The notes below the pieces were generated by a model. The model was not told where the DNA came from and ran no database searches. It saw only the letters and a program-made list of their open reading frames with translations. A program made the position numbers and the translations under genes. A stretch of DNA of 61,110 bases, from assembly GCA_030141605.1 (NCBI GenBank), contig JAQGDQ010000742.1, positions 1 to 61,110 on the forward strand, written 5' to 3'. This DNA comes from Tubiluchus corallicola (Eukaryota; Animalia; Priapulida). This document shows, in pieces, positions 51,101 to 61,100 of this stretch (position 1 is its first letter; each line of letters opens with the position of its first letter).

Positions 51101-51609
51101 CTATGAGTAATTTATTTGCACATATAAATGGTACTTCTGAGCATACACTTGAGGGTCGTGCAGGTTGGTATGCCTCAGAGGAGCAACGTAAAGCAGCAGG
51201 TATTAGCGAAGGAGATTGGATTCCTACAGGCGGGTACATCGGTAAAGGGGTTATAAACACAGGTACAGAAGAGAATCCCGTGTATGAAGAAAATAATGTG
51301 ATGGTTAACCCCCAAACCTACTGGAACGTCTTTATGGAAGGGTCACCGGAGCCATTTATTGAGGATGCTTCATTTATTAAGCTTAGAGAGCTTACTTTGA
51401 GCTACTCATTCAGCCCTGAATTATTAAATAGGACGCCTTTTATTGGGGCTTCATTATCGGTTTATGCTCGTAACTTGTGGTTAGTTTATTCCAGTTTAGA
51501 TAATATTGATCCCGAATCGAACTATAATAATGGAAATGGTCAAGGATTGGAGTATGGCTCCTTACCATCGAGAAGAACATTTGGCGCCAGCTTGAATGTA
51601 CAATTCTAA
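48112..51609 (+). CDS. susC: SusC/RagA TonB-dependent transporter with an N-terminal STN signalling domain
   Basis: STN domain (KLTINVKNATIKEVLDQIEKES..LSYRIVDNYVTI), plug motif VLKGPSAAALYGSRASNGVVLITTK, C-terminal F. Confidence 0.95.
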   Translation: MKKNKLGSSFIGQSKEAWLIMRLTLSLIMVSVMSAGAVKALDHSSKLTINVKNATIKEVLDQIEKESDFYYYRSDECLSEHTISGKFQALSVPELLDKVLEGSDLSYRIVDNYVTIVPKTEFDAKDNSQPQEITVKGKITDARGEPLPGVNVFDKSNPITGVTCDVDGFYTIVVNADDAVLTFSFIGFKKQDVQVGGRAVINITLVEETTDLDEVVITALGIRKEAKALGYAIAEVKGDVVTAGKDLNVMSSLSGRMAGVDISSTSAGPSGSTRMLIRGNSQLSGNNNPLYVIDGVPMDNTQLGGAGKWGGYDFGDGLSSINPDDIESISVLKGPSAAALYGSRASNGVVLITTKSGSSKKGIGVEISSSINTVNILSHFDDYQRVYGQGRNGELPLTSQESRSTATSSWGPKLDPNLMMPIYNEEIKPYGVQQDNILSFFRTGLTVNNAASLTSTGDKSNIRLSMSNMQNTDIVPNSDMSRSSFMIKGDAQLSKLISFDARVNYTIENVNNRPALSDSPNNVGLSLIGIAPNFHQSWLSENYKDDEGRYIDWNGGNIYRINPYWSLNEMSNDSRKQRVMGHVQLKFDFTSYLSMHVKGGTDFYSFRLTDFAPRSTPINPGGGMSELSVNNSETNAETIIRFNKKLYDNLDVSAFVGGNIMYRKGETFHNEGNTEVIPDVKNIGNYVQKELTYSFVEKQVNSVYGAVNLGYNSMVYLDFTLRNDWSSSLSSEYNSYMYPSVSGSFVFSELLKDNSLISFGKARVSWAEVGGDTSPYQLSLSYGLLPYSFLDLPLGQISSNSIPKQALKPTRTYSWEIGADVRFLNNRVGLDVTYYQQSTKDQILSLPISKTTGYSSAIVNAGEIGNKGVELMLSANLITVKDFSWDVNVNYAKNVNEVVALHPDVTEYELASARWAGAFIKASEGEAYGVIVGKKMLRDPNGNVIHGANGLPQFGEEAEVLGNGVHNWTGGFSNILNYKEFTLGFLFDVKWGAEIYSMSNLFAHINGTSEHTLEGRAGWYASEEQRKAAGISEGDWIPTGGYIGKGVINTGTEENPVYEENNVMVNPQTYWNVFMEGSPEPFIEDASFIKLRELTLSYSFSPELLNRTPFIGASLSVYARNLWLVYSSLDNIDPESNYNNGNGQGLEYGSLPSRRTFGASLNVQF

Positions 51610-51625
51610 TATAAATCTAAGTGTT

Positions 51626-53215
51626 ATGAATATACATAAATATTTTACGCTACTATTTTTATTGTTAATAATATTTGGAGGAAGTGCTTGTTCTAATTTT
51701 GAAAAGATGAACATGAATCCTGCCACCTCGACAGATATGGATCCTAATTTGCAGTTGCCCACCTTGCAATATAAGCTTACTTCCGATCATCAGGAGTGGC
51801 ACCGTTACTTTATCTATCCGGGTGGCTTTATGCAGCAATGGGCGGCTGACTGGGCGACTGTTGAATATGGAGGGAAATGCAAAAAACAATCCAGTTACAT
51901 GGAAACGGCCTGGGAAATATATTATCCTGAAATGGTTAAGAATGTAGTGGATATGATAGAGCGAACTAAAGATAATCCGGCTCAAGCCAATATAAATGCA
52001 GTGAGTCGTATTATGAAAGTGTATATTTTTTCTAAATTAACAGATCTATATGGTGATATTCCATATTTTGAGGCAGGAGTAGGTTATTATTCCAATGTGT
52101 TTAACCCACGCTACGATGAACAGAAAGATATATACAATGATTTTTTCGAGCAATTGGATCTCGCAGCTAACTCATTAAGTAGTGATGGTGATCGAATATT
52201 ATACGATGCCTTTTACAGTGGAGATATTAACAAATGGTACCGCTTCGCCAACTCATTACGTTTGCGCTTGGCCATGCGTTTAATAAAGGTTAATCCAGAG
52301 AAAGCACGTGCCGAAGCTGAAGAAGCTATGAAATTGGGTGTTATGGCTGGTGCTGAGGATATTTGTTTTATGCGGCATGAGAATGTGGCCAACCCGAGCG
52401 ATGGCGGTGGTACTGGAAGCGGCATCGCTAACCGTTTATTGGCAGATCCTAAAGAGAGTACATTTAGACTCACAAGCGAGCTGGTTGAGTACATGGAGGC
52501 CATGGACGATCCGCGCATCACTATGTACGCAGGATGTTACCTAAATGATGGCCCACGAACAGATGTAACTCAGGGGGTATATGAGGCCAATGGATCCGAG
52601 TGGGAAAGTATCGCCTTAGGTGCTTATAAGTTTGCCTGGGAAAAGTGGTTACCCGAGATTACAGTTACGATTGGTGATGTTGAGTACGAAGTACCTGGTG
52701 TTTACCAGTTATTGCAGCCCTCAAAACTGTTAACGGCTTACGATGCTCCATATATTCATATGAGTTATGCTGAAGTTGAGTTTCTGATGGCTGAAGCTGC
52801 TTTCCGGGGATGGAATACAGGTGGTGAGGCTAGTGCGCATTTTACCAGGGGGTTGGCAGCCGCTGTAGATCAAATGCGTTTGTTTGGGGCTGAGGTGGCA
52901 TCAGAGGATGTAGAAGAGTTTGTATCCTCTAATACTTTAACTGCAGGCAAAGAGCTGGAGCAAATAAATTCGCAGTTGTGGGTGCTTCACTTCCTTGATC
53001 CTTTTGAAACATGGTCTAACTGGAGACGAACCGGCCTGCCTGATTTAGAGTATTACAACTACACCCCAGGTGAAAACCAGTCAGATGGTCAAATTCCCCG
53101 GCGTTTGCAATACCCACTTGATGAGCAGATTAAAAATTCGGAGCATCTACAGGAAGCTGTTGATCGCATGGGAAGTGACGATTGGTTGAATCGTGTCTGG
53201 TGGGATACAAACTAA
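51626..53215 (+). CDS. susD: SusD-like lipoprotein
   Basis: Lipobox GSAC, LTDLYGDIPY, FANSLRLRLAMR, WSNWRRTG, RVWWD. Start taken at MNIHK. Confidence 0.93.
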   Translation: MNIHKYFTLLFLLLIIFGGSACSNFEKMNMNPATSTDMDPNLQLPTLQYKLTSDHQEWHRYFIYPGGFMQQWAADWATVEYGGKCKKQSSYMETAWEIYYPEMVKNVVDMIERTKDNPAQANINAVSRIMKVYIFSKLTDLYGDIPYFEAGVGYYSNVFNPRYDEQKDIYNDFFEQLDLAANSLSSDGDRILYDAFYSGDINKWYRFANSLRLRLAMRLIKVNPEKARAEAEEAMKLGVMAGAEDICFMRHENVANPSDGGGTGSGIANRLLADPKESTFRLTSELVEYMEAMDDPRITMYAGCYLNDGPRTDVTQGVYEANGSEWESIALGAYKFAWEKWLPEITVTIGDVEYEVPGVYQLLQPSKLLTAYDAPYIHMSYAEVEFLMAEAAFRGWNTGGEASAHFTRGLAAAVDQMRLFGAEVASEDVEEFVSSNTLTAGKELEQINSQLWVLHFLDPFETWSNWRRTGLPDLEYYNYTPGENQSDGQIPRRLQYPLDEQIKNSEHLQEAVDRMGSDDWLNRVWWDTN

Positions 53216-53306
53216 ATAAGTGTCAAATATATTTGGAAAGGGGTGTTATGCCTGAACAAGTTAATGTTTGTGAAATGATGTTCCTATTCGGATTTAAAAG
53301 CTTAAA

Positions 53307-54647
53307 ATGATGAATAAAATAGTCAATTACATTCTGTTAATTACCTTTCTAATTGGTTTTAGTGCTTGTGAGAGGGATGTAACAAACCCGGTTTTCGGCG
53401 ACCAGGATATACCTGTAATCCATGTGGATTGGCAAGACCAGATGGCACTTAATTTAGGTGATACCATTAAGTATAAACCACAAATCTCACCTTCAGATGG
53501 AGTTGTTTACGAGTGGCTATTGGACGATAATGTTATTTCTACTGAAAAGGATTTAAACTATGAGGTCAACACTCAGGGAGAGCAGGTTTTAAAGTTTAAG
53601 GTCACTCGAAATGGGGTTGAAAATAGTAGGACATCTAAGCTGATTGTTGTGAAGTCATTTGTCCCAAAAGAATACAATAAAAAGATGATTGGGTATATTT
53701 CTCGTAATGGAAGTATTGCTGATATACAGTGGGAGCATATTACACACTTAATGCTTACGTCAGCCGTGGTGAAGAGTGCTGAAATGCCTGTTGACACCAA
53801 CTTCAACGAAGCCAGCTATGACTTGAAAACACTGGTGTCGGCGGCTCATAATTATGGAGTATATGTGATTTTAGATGTCACTGGTAATATTGATTATATG
53901 AACGGTGCAGGCACATATGGAGATCTTGGCTTTTACAACACAGTTATTGATACTGAAAAAGGCAAAAAACTTATTGACGACATCTTGCTGTTTGTGAAAA
54001 ACAATGACCTTGATGGAATCAACATCTACCTAAATAATACGTCCACGGGAGATAGCTTTGCCAACCCTGAGGCTGTTACGAACTTTTTTAACGAATTTGC
54101 TGAGGCTATACCTGATCTTAACGTTTATGGGCGGTTTATTTTTACTGCGTCGGTTCCCGGTGGCTGGACTACTGGGGCGTTGCAAATGGTGGCTGGTATC
54201 GACCGCTTTGATTGGGTTCATTTAATGGCTTTTGGTGCCTCTGATATAACTCCCATCCATCATGCTTTATATAATGACTGCACTTCACTAGCTGGTACCT
54301 GGAAAGAGTATGGTGTGCCGGCAGAAAAACTTGTGATAACAATACCAGCTATAGGAGTGCACTATACATTTCCGGATGGTACAGATATTAATTGGGGCAA
54401 TGCCTGGCAGTATACTTTCTGGAAATCTTATCGTGAAATTTTGACAATTGACCCAGATGCTGAAACAAAAAATAAGATTGATCAGGATAAGGGTATTTTC
54501 TATGATGGCTTTAAAGAAGTAGACGCTAAGGCCCAATATGTTTTGGACAATAACTTGGCTGGTGCTGCCATTTGGTCGCTTGAGCATGATAGTAAAAACG
54601 CTGATAAATCATTAAGCAAAAAATCGTATGATGCTCTGGGGAATTAA
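53307..54647 (+). CDS. Lipoprotein: PKD-like domain plus catalytically degenerate GH18 barrel (putative surface glycan-binding protein)
   Basis: Lipobox FSAC; GH18 landmarks ITHL, FDWVHLMAF, LAGAAIWSL. The catalytic motif reads LDGINIYLN (54009-54035). Confidence 0.82.
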   Translation: MMNKIVNYILLITFLIGFSACERDVTNPVFGDQDIPVIHVDWQDQMALNLGDTIKYKPQISPSDGVVYEWLLDDNVISTEKDLNYEVNTQGEQVLKFKVTRNGVENSRTSKLIVVKSFVPKEYNKKMIGYISRNGSIADIQWEHITHLMLTSAVVKSAEMPVDTNFNEASYDLKTLVSAAHNYGVYVILDVTGNIDYMNGAGTYGDLGFYNTVIDTEKGKKLIDDILLFVKNNDLDGINIYLNNTSTGDSFANPEAVTNFFNEFAEAIPDLNVYGRFIFTASVPGGWTTGALQMVAGIDRFDWVHLMAFGASDITPIHHALYNDCTSLAGTWKEYGVPAEKLVITIPAIGVHYTFPDGTDINWGNAWQYTFWKSYREILTIDPDAETKNKIDQDKGIFYDGFKEVDAKAQYVLDNNLAGAAIWSLEHDSKNADKSLSKKSYDALGN

Positions 54648-54726
54648 AATCTAAAGTGCAAGATTTAATGATAGATCTTAAGTTCAATTAGTAAATGCGA
54701 CAGGGTTTCATTTAAAATAATAGGGT

Positions 54727-56010
54727 ATGAATAAATATTTGTTATGTGTTTTGCTTGTTAGCGTTTGGGTGGGAGGTTGTAAAAACAATAAGAATCAGGA
54801 TTTCCAACAGTTTGACGTAACTGTTGAGCAAGGATATTTTATTACATCGCAGGTGGGGGAGACTATTTTACTTACTGCATCAGTTAGCGTGGAAGGTGAA
54901 TACCAATATGAATGGCTGCTGGGGTCTCATGTTATTTCTGAAAATGAACAGGCAGGTATAACGCTTGAACAAGAAGGCCTTGTTCTGCTGGATTTAAAGG
55001 TTACCAGCAAAGTATCAAAAGAGTCGAAATATCGGCAAGTTGAAGTGCTGTCGGCAAAGAACAGTGATAACCTGGTGGTTGGCTATTTGCCGGAATATAA
55101 GGATAATGAAGCAGAAGGCTTGGTTCAGTGGGATAAAATTACCCATTTGTGTTATGCATTTGCTATAGTCAATTCTGATGGTAGCCTGGATGTATCACGC
55201 ATCAAAAATAAATTAAAAAGAGTTGTTACTGACGGGCACGAAAAAGGCGTTTATGTATTGGTTTCGTTAGGTGGTGGGGGTACACACAATTTTTCTGACG
55301 CTTTACTGGATGACCAGGCTCGTTATAAGCTTGTGCAAAATACAGTTGCTTGTATTAGTGAATACAAGCTTGATGGAGTTGATGTTGATTTTGAAGAGTG
55401 GGATGGAGGTGCTGATGGCGCTTCTCCTCAAGACCGAGAAAAAAGAGTGGTTTTAGAAGCCTTTTACAAAGAGCTAAAAGAGGCTTTGCCAGCGGATAAA
55501 TTACTGGCTGTGGCCGTTAGTTCCAGCTGGGAGAATCCATATTACGGTTATTATGACTGTTATACAAAATCGATGCACCAGTACTGGGATTTTGCTGGTA
55601 TCATGATTTATGACCAAACGGGTACATGGGAAACCTCACCTTATGGACAGCATGCCAGCATGGAGCATTTTGATTTGTCAATCGATCATTGGCTGAATAA
55701 TATGGGTTTGCCGAAAGAAAAACTGATTGCCGGTGTTCCTTTTTATGGATATGAGTTTAAGAGCACGAATGGTGGCAGTGCTGATGCAATTGCTTATAAA
55801 GATATCATATCCCGGTATCCGCAAGAAAACGTGTCAGAGAAAGATCATGTGGGGCATATTTTTTACAATGGAAGACCAACAATTCGTGATAAGTGTGAAT
55901 ATGTTAAGACAAACAAACTGGGAGGTATAATGATTTGGGAACTGGCTCAGGATAGTAATAATCAGGAAGAGAGCCTATTGGAAGTGATCAGTCAAAGTAT
56001 TTTTGAGTAA
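54727..56010 (+). CDS. Lipoprotein GH18 chitinase-like glycoside hydrolase
   Basis: Lipobox VGGC, ITHLCYAFA, VSLGG, intact DGVDVDFE (55372-55395), MIYD, GVPFYG, GGIMIWEL. Confidence 0.92.
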   Translation: MNKYLLCVLLVSVWVGGCKNNKNQDFQQFDVTVEQGYFITSQVGETILLTASVSVEGEYQYEWLLGSHVISENEQAGITLEQEGLVLLDLKVTSKVSKESKYRQVEVLSAKNSDNLVVGYLPEYKDNEAEGLVQWDKITHLCYAFAIVNSDGSLDVSRIKNKLKRVVTDGHEKGVYVLVSLGGGGTHNFSDALLDDQARYKLVQNTVACISEYKLDGVDVDFEEWDGGADGASPQDREKRVVLEAFYKELKEALPADKLLAVAVSSSWENPYYGYYDCYTKSMHQYWDFAGIMIYDQTGTWETSPYGQHASMEHFDLSIDHWLNNMGLPKEKLIAGVPFYGYEFKSTNGGSADAIAYKDIISRYPQENVSEKDHVGHIFYNGRPTIRDKCEYVKTNKLGGIMIWELAQDSNNQEESLLEVISQSIFE

Positions 56011-56230
56011 TATTGTTGGTTGTAGAATCAGCGATCCAGTGATTTTTTTGCAATTATTATAGCGTATTACAGTAAAGCCAGCATTAGTAGGTAAAAGAAT
56101 AAATGTATTTTTATGATGTAATGTTAAATTGAGAAGGTCAACCCTACGGATACACTATACGGAACACTATCCAAACCCAGGAAATATGGCTATGAAAAAA
56201 TACTTAAACTCTGTTCTCATTTACTATTTT

Positions 56231-56264
56231 AAAAAAATAGCTGCTCCCTGCAGGGAGCAGCTAT
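56231..56264 (-). terminator. Intrinsic terminator of the minus-strand susCD
   Basis: Perfect 28-bp palindrome ATAGCTGCTCCCTGCAGGGAGCAGCTAT (56237-56264) next to an A7 run (U-tract on the minus strand). Confidence 0.8.
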
Positions 56265-56295
56265 GTACTAGGTAGCCGAGCTATTTATGAAGTAA

Positions 56296-58095
56296 TTAGT
56301 CTTCATCTGTAATTTCTGTTTTAGGTGGGATGTTTTTCTCAAATCCTGGATAACCTTCATTCTGATTAATTACACCTCCCTGGTTACTGTCGATAACACC
56401 TTGTGGAATTGGCCACAATACGTGGTAAGATCCGATTTTATACTCGTTAGAGCCCCAGAAAAAACCAATGTTGTAGAAGTTGTTTTTGGCTACCACCCTA
56501 TCATACCAAAAGTTTTTATCGGAAAAGTTATCTATAGAATAGCCATTCATACTGTTATCGGCCATAATAAAAGCTATACGTGTCAAGGTAGTCTTTCGGG
56601 TTTCCTCGGCATACAACTCCCGTACACGTTCATCAAGAATGTACTCGATAGTTACATCGCCAGTAGAAATTGAAGGTGCCAGTGCACGCTCTCGTACGGC
56701 ATTAATATCGGCTGCGGCATTTGCCATATCGTTTTTCCAGTAATAAGCTTCTGCTCTCAATAGGTAGGTTTCGGCAAGGCGAAAAACATACCAATCGCTA
56801 TGACCTCCTGTGGGCTGGTCCGGCCGCTCTTCATCGGATATATATATTTTGTAATAAGGCCATGGAAACCAAGCCTGAAAAGTATCAATAGGATCGGTGT
56901 AATCTTTAACAACGGGTTGACCATAATAGGCAGACTCAGGATTGTTATGTATCAGTTTTTCCATAGGCATCCAGTTGACATCAGTGTCGTGCCTTAGATC
57001 TGTTCCACACTCTTTCCATATTTCATAGTTCACATAATCGGTTGGACGGGCAAATCCAACTCCCCTTCCCCATTTTAATAGCTGCGGGTTTGGGTTATCT
57101 TCAGTATGCTTAGCATCGGTGCAAGCAGCTACTCCATCAGCATCCTTTAAATAGATTCTGTGCCACCACACTGGGGAGTAGTTTCTCATAGAACGTGTCC
57201 CTTGATCAGCTTCGGCACCGGGGTACCCATATTTATCCTGACCAACTAACAGACCTTCAGTATTAGCAGCAAGACTTTTATTCTCTTTTTGATGTAAGTC
57301 CCAAATTACATTATATGTATTGTCATTTGCATATTGACCAAAACGTGTAGTCATTAATGAGTGGTGAGGACTGTTAATAGCAGCACTGGCTGCCGAAACA
57401 GCACCATCAAAATCGCTATTTGCCAAATAAATTTTTGCAAGAAGGTGGTTCCCGGCTGCACGATTCACTTTGCCAGGATCTACAACTTCGGGCAGCCACT
57501 GGACAGCAAACTCCACATCCTCCTGAATCTTATTCAGAATGGTTTTTCTTGAGTGGGTATAAAAGTCAATTTTTGGCTCGGTATACTCTTTATTTAAGAA
57601 AGGAACATCACCAAACTGGTGTACCAAACGGAAGTACCAGTAAGCCCTGTGGAAATAAGCTTCTCCTAGAATCTCGTTTCTATCCTGTTCTGTAAGCCAA
57701 TCCGGTGCATCAATACGCGAAATTATCACGTTGGCGTTTCTAACTTGGTTATAACCAATATTCCAATAGTCAAAGAACTTATACATCCCTGTACCTGTTG
57801 GGGTAACCTGTGTGAAGAAATTGTGTGTAGCATCGGTTTGTTTGTTGCCTGCCACACAACAATCAGAACTAATAAGTTCGCAGATAAGCGGATTGGGTGT
57901 ACCGCCATAAAAATCGCGACGCAAATTTTTGCGCAAATTAAGCAATGCTGCATCCATCCCTTCTTTATCAATATAAACACTTTCTGGAACGAATATAGAG
58001 AGTGGGTTGGGTTTAAGCCAGTCTTGGCAAGAAAACAATAGAGCTGCCAAAATAGTTATCAATGTATAATTGTATATTTTTTTCATTTTATTCAT
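56296..58095 (-). CDS. susD: SusD/RagB family lipoprotein
   Basis: Lipobox LFSC, EAYFHRAYWYFRLVHQFGDVP, FRLAETYLLRAEA, ILDERVRELY, QNEGY. Confidence 0.95.
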   Translation of the reverse strand: MNKMKKIYNYTLITILAALLFSCQDWLKPNPLSIFVPESVYIDKEGMDAALLNLRKNLRRDFYGGTPNPLICELISSDCCVAGNKQTDATHNFFTQVTPTGTGMYKFFDYWNIGYNQVRNANVIISRIDAPDWLTEQDRNEILGEAYFHRAYWYFRLVHQFGDVPFLNKEYTEPKIDFYTHSRKTILNKIQEDVEFAVQWLPEVVDPGKVNRAAGNHLLAKIYLANSDFDGAVSAASAAINSPHHSLMTTRFGQYANDNTYNVIWDLHQKENKSLAANTEGLLVGQDKYGYPGAEADQGTRSMRNYSPVWWHRIYLKDADGVAACTDAKHTEDNPNPQLLKWGRGVGFARPTDYVNYEIWKECGTDLRHDTDVNWMPMEKLIHNNPESAYYGQPVVKDYTDPIDTFQAWFPWPYYKIYISDEERPDQPTGGHSDWYVFRLAETYLLRAEAYYWKNDMANAAADINAVRERALAPSISTGDVTIEYILDERVRELYAEETRKTTLTRIAFIMADNSMNGYSIDNFSDKNFWYDRVVAKNNFYNIGFFWGSNEYKIGSYHVLWPIPQGVIDSNQGGVINQNEGYPGFEKNIPPKTEITDED

Positions 58096-58109
58096 TTTTT
58101 AAGGTATGA

Positions 58110-61100
58110 CTATAAATTAACATTAACACCAATGCTTGAATATTTAGGCATTCTGGTAGCTTGTGACTCCGGATCATAATGTTGCCAGCCGGTAAATGTT
58201 AGCAGATTACGGAAGTTCACAAAAACTTTCAAGTGCTCGATTTTTAGCTTCTGTAGCCTCGATTTAGGAACATTGTATGCTACTGACAAATCTTGCAAGC
58301 GAACAAACGAACGGTTTTCCCACCATGTAAATCCAGGAGAATTGGTATCTGAATTCAAACGTGCGTAATCGTTAATCGGATTGTCTTTTGTCCAATATGG
58401 CCGATACATACGGTTTCTCCTTTCGAAATCAGCGTTTGCAGATGAATTTTTATGCAAACCGTTTGAACCATAATGTCCCAAATCGGCCCGGATAAATGCC
58501 GAAATTTCAAAATTGTTAAAAAGAGTAATATCATTTCTAAGCCCCAGTCTGTATCGCGGGCTTTTATACCCCTGGAAAACCTTGTCATCGGTAGGAGTCA
58601 GGATTTCATCCCCATTCTGGTCTTTTAGTTTTACATCACCTGGCTGTTTGCCATAAACAGCAGCCTCTTCTTCTTCTCCTAGCTGCCAAATTCCAATAAC
58701 TTCATAATCCCAGATCCTGTCAAGAGCCTCTCCGATAAACCAACCGTTTTTAATATCGTCAGCCTCTTTCTGTCCGATAACATTACCCTCTTCGTCTAAA
58801 ATATCAACCATTTCTCCGTAAAGGTGTTTAATCTTGCTGCGGTTAAATGAGAAGTTTAAACTTGAATTCCATTTTACATTGGATCTATTCATATTGGTAG
58901 AATTCAACGTTAACTCAAAACCCTTGTTTGCCAATTCTCCCATATTGGAAGCTACACTTGTATAACCAATAATACTTGGCAACGAGCGATGTAACAAAAG
59001 ATCTTTAGTAGTCATGCTGTAAACTTCTGCAGAGCCGTGTAAAACATTATTGAACAAACCAAAGTCAACTCCGAAATTTAGGGCAGCTGTCCTTTCCCAT
59101 TTTAAATCACTGTTAGCCATCGCAGTAGCATATACACCTGTTGCAAGCTCGGTTCCATAAATATATTTTGTAGTTCCCATCCGGGACAGGGCTGCGTATC
59201 TTCCAATTTCACGGTTACCATTGGCCCCCCATGAAATGCGCAGTTTTAGATGGTCAACCCAGTTTACATTGAAGAAATTTTCTTTTGATATTCTCCAGCC
59301 TAAGGCCGCAGATGGGAACTTTGCATAAGGATTATTTAGTCCGAATGCAGAATAACCATCACGACGCCAAGTAGTAGTAATCATATACTTCTCCTTTAAA
59401 GAATAGTTTAATCTGGCCATTAAAGCATTTCCTGTACTATAAATGTCTTCGTTGCTTAAGCTAGGGCTTGTTCCTGCTTGTAGTGCATGATATGAAAGGG
59501 AACCATTTGGAGCAAATTGAGAGTTTTCCTGCTCACTCGACCATTTTTGGTATTTTTCAGCATTTACAAGGAAGGTTGCATTAAACTCATGAATCCCGGC
59601 AAAGCTTTTCTCCCAACTAAGAACATTATCAATTTGCCATTCGTATGTTGAGGTATCAGTTCTTTTTCCGAACCCTTGATTTTTGAAACCATTTGGAGTG
59701 GTTACCGGGTCGAAGTAATAATTTTTACTCCAGAGGTAACGGTTAACGTAAGAGATGCGATAAGAAACACCAAATGGAAGCTTTAACTCTCCAAATAGAG
59801 TAGCAAACAGTGTCTGCACATGATGAAACTTGTCCTTGTTTTTATAATAAATTAGCGGGTTTGTCGATGCTTCATCTCCGTGAGGATTAAAGGTTAAAGT
59901 TTTTCCATCCTCTTCGTAAATATTTCCGTATGGACTAGCATGGATTGCATCTCCAAGGTTTGCACTTTGCGAACTTTGATCTCTATCTGCAAATTGAGCA
60001 TTGACACCAACTTTTAGGAAGTCATTTACATCAGCGTCGACATTAATACGCGTACGAACATTTTTATACTCATCGCCAAGAGTTACCCCCTCATTATCAG
60101 TTAGACCAAGCGACCAATAGTAGCGTACAGAGTTTGTAGAGCCTGAGAGGCTTAAATCGTAATCCTGGCGCAGCCCATTTTGGAAAACCATATCGTACCA
60201 ATCTACTGTTTTTCCTGCTTTATAGTTGTCGAGCTCAATTTGGGTCATCCCCATCCTGTTAAACCACATTTGAACAGGGTCATCACTCGGTGTTGTATCA
60301 TAATTCATCCACTCCTCTAAAGTTACACCATCAGGCAAATTATTTGGATCAGTGTAGTAGTGTTCCGGTTTGTCCTGGTTTACGCCTGCCCAATAATCAC
60401 CCCTTGATTCCAAGTACTGCTCAGGCGATTGTGGGTACATGTGATTTGTAAGTCCGGCAACACCAACTTTAGCAGAAAAATTTATAGTTGGTTTTGACGT
60501 GCGTCCTCTTTTTGTAGTAATAATTAGTATTCCGGCCGCTGAGCGAGCCCCGAAAATGGCTGCCGAACTTGCATCTTTTAAAATATCGATACTTTCAATG
60601 TCGCCAGGGTTGATATCACCAACACTCCCATTATATATTACACCGTCGAGAACTATAAGGGGAGAATTAGAAGCAGCTAATGAGGTTGGCCCACGAACTT
60701 GCATTGAACCACCACCTGAAGCCGAAGTTCCTTGGGTCGAGTTAAATCCAGCTACGGTTCCACTCAACATTTCAATCATACTGGTTGCTTGCTGTGTTTC
60801 GTATTGAGCAACATCTACACGCTGTACAGAGCCAGTTAAGTCACTCTTTTTCATTGTACCATATCCAACTGCAATGACTTCATCGAGACCAATAACATCC
60901 TGTTCCATTTTAATATTAAAGACAAGCTGGTTTTCAATGGAAACTTCCTGGCTTTTCATCCCAATGAATGAGAAAATTAATTTTTCGGCTTTTTCAGGAA
61001 CGTCCAGTTCGAAAGCACCATTGAAATCGGTAATTACTCCAATTGTTGTTCCTTGCACCACAGCAGATACACCGGGCAAAGGCTCGTTATTTTCATCGGT

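Noticed and set aside
56144-56170. Short tandem duplication TACGGATACACTA/TACGGAACACTA
   Set aside because: Only two imperfect units in a convergent intergenic region, with no supporting context.
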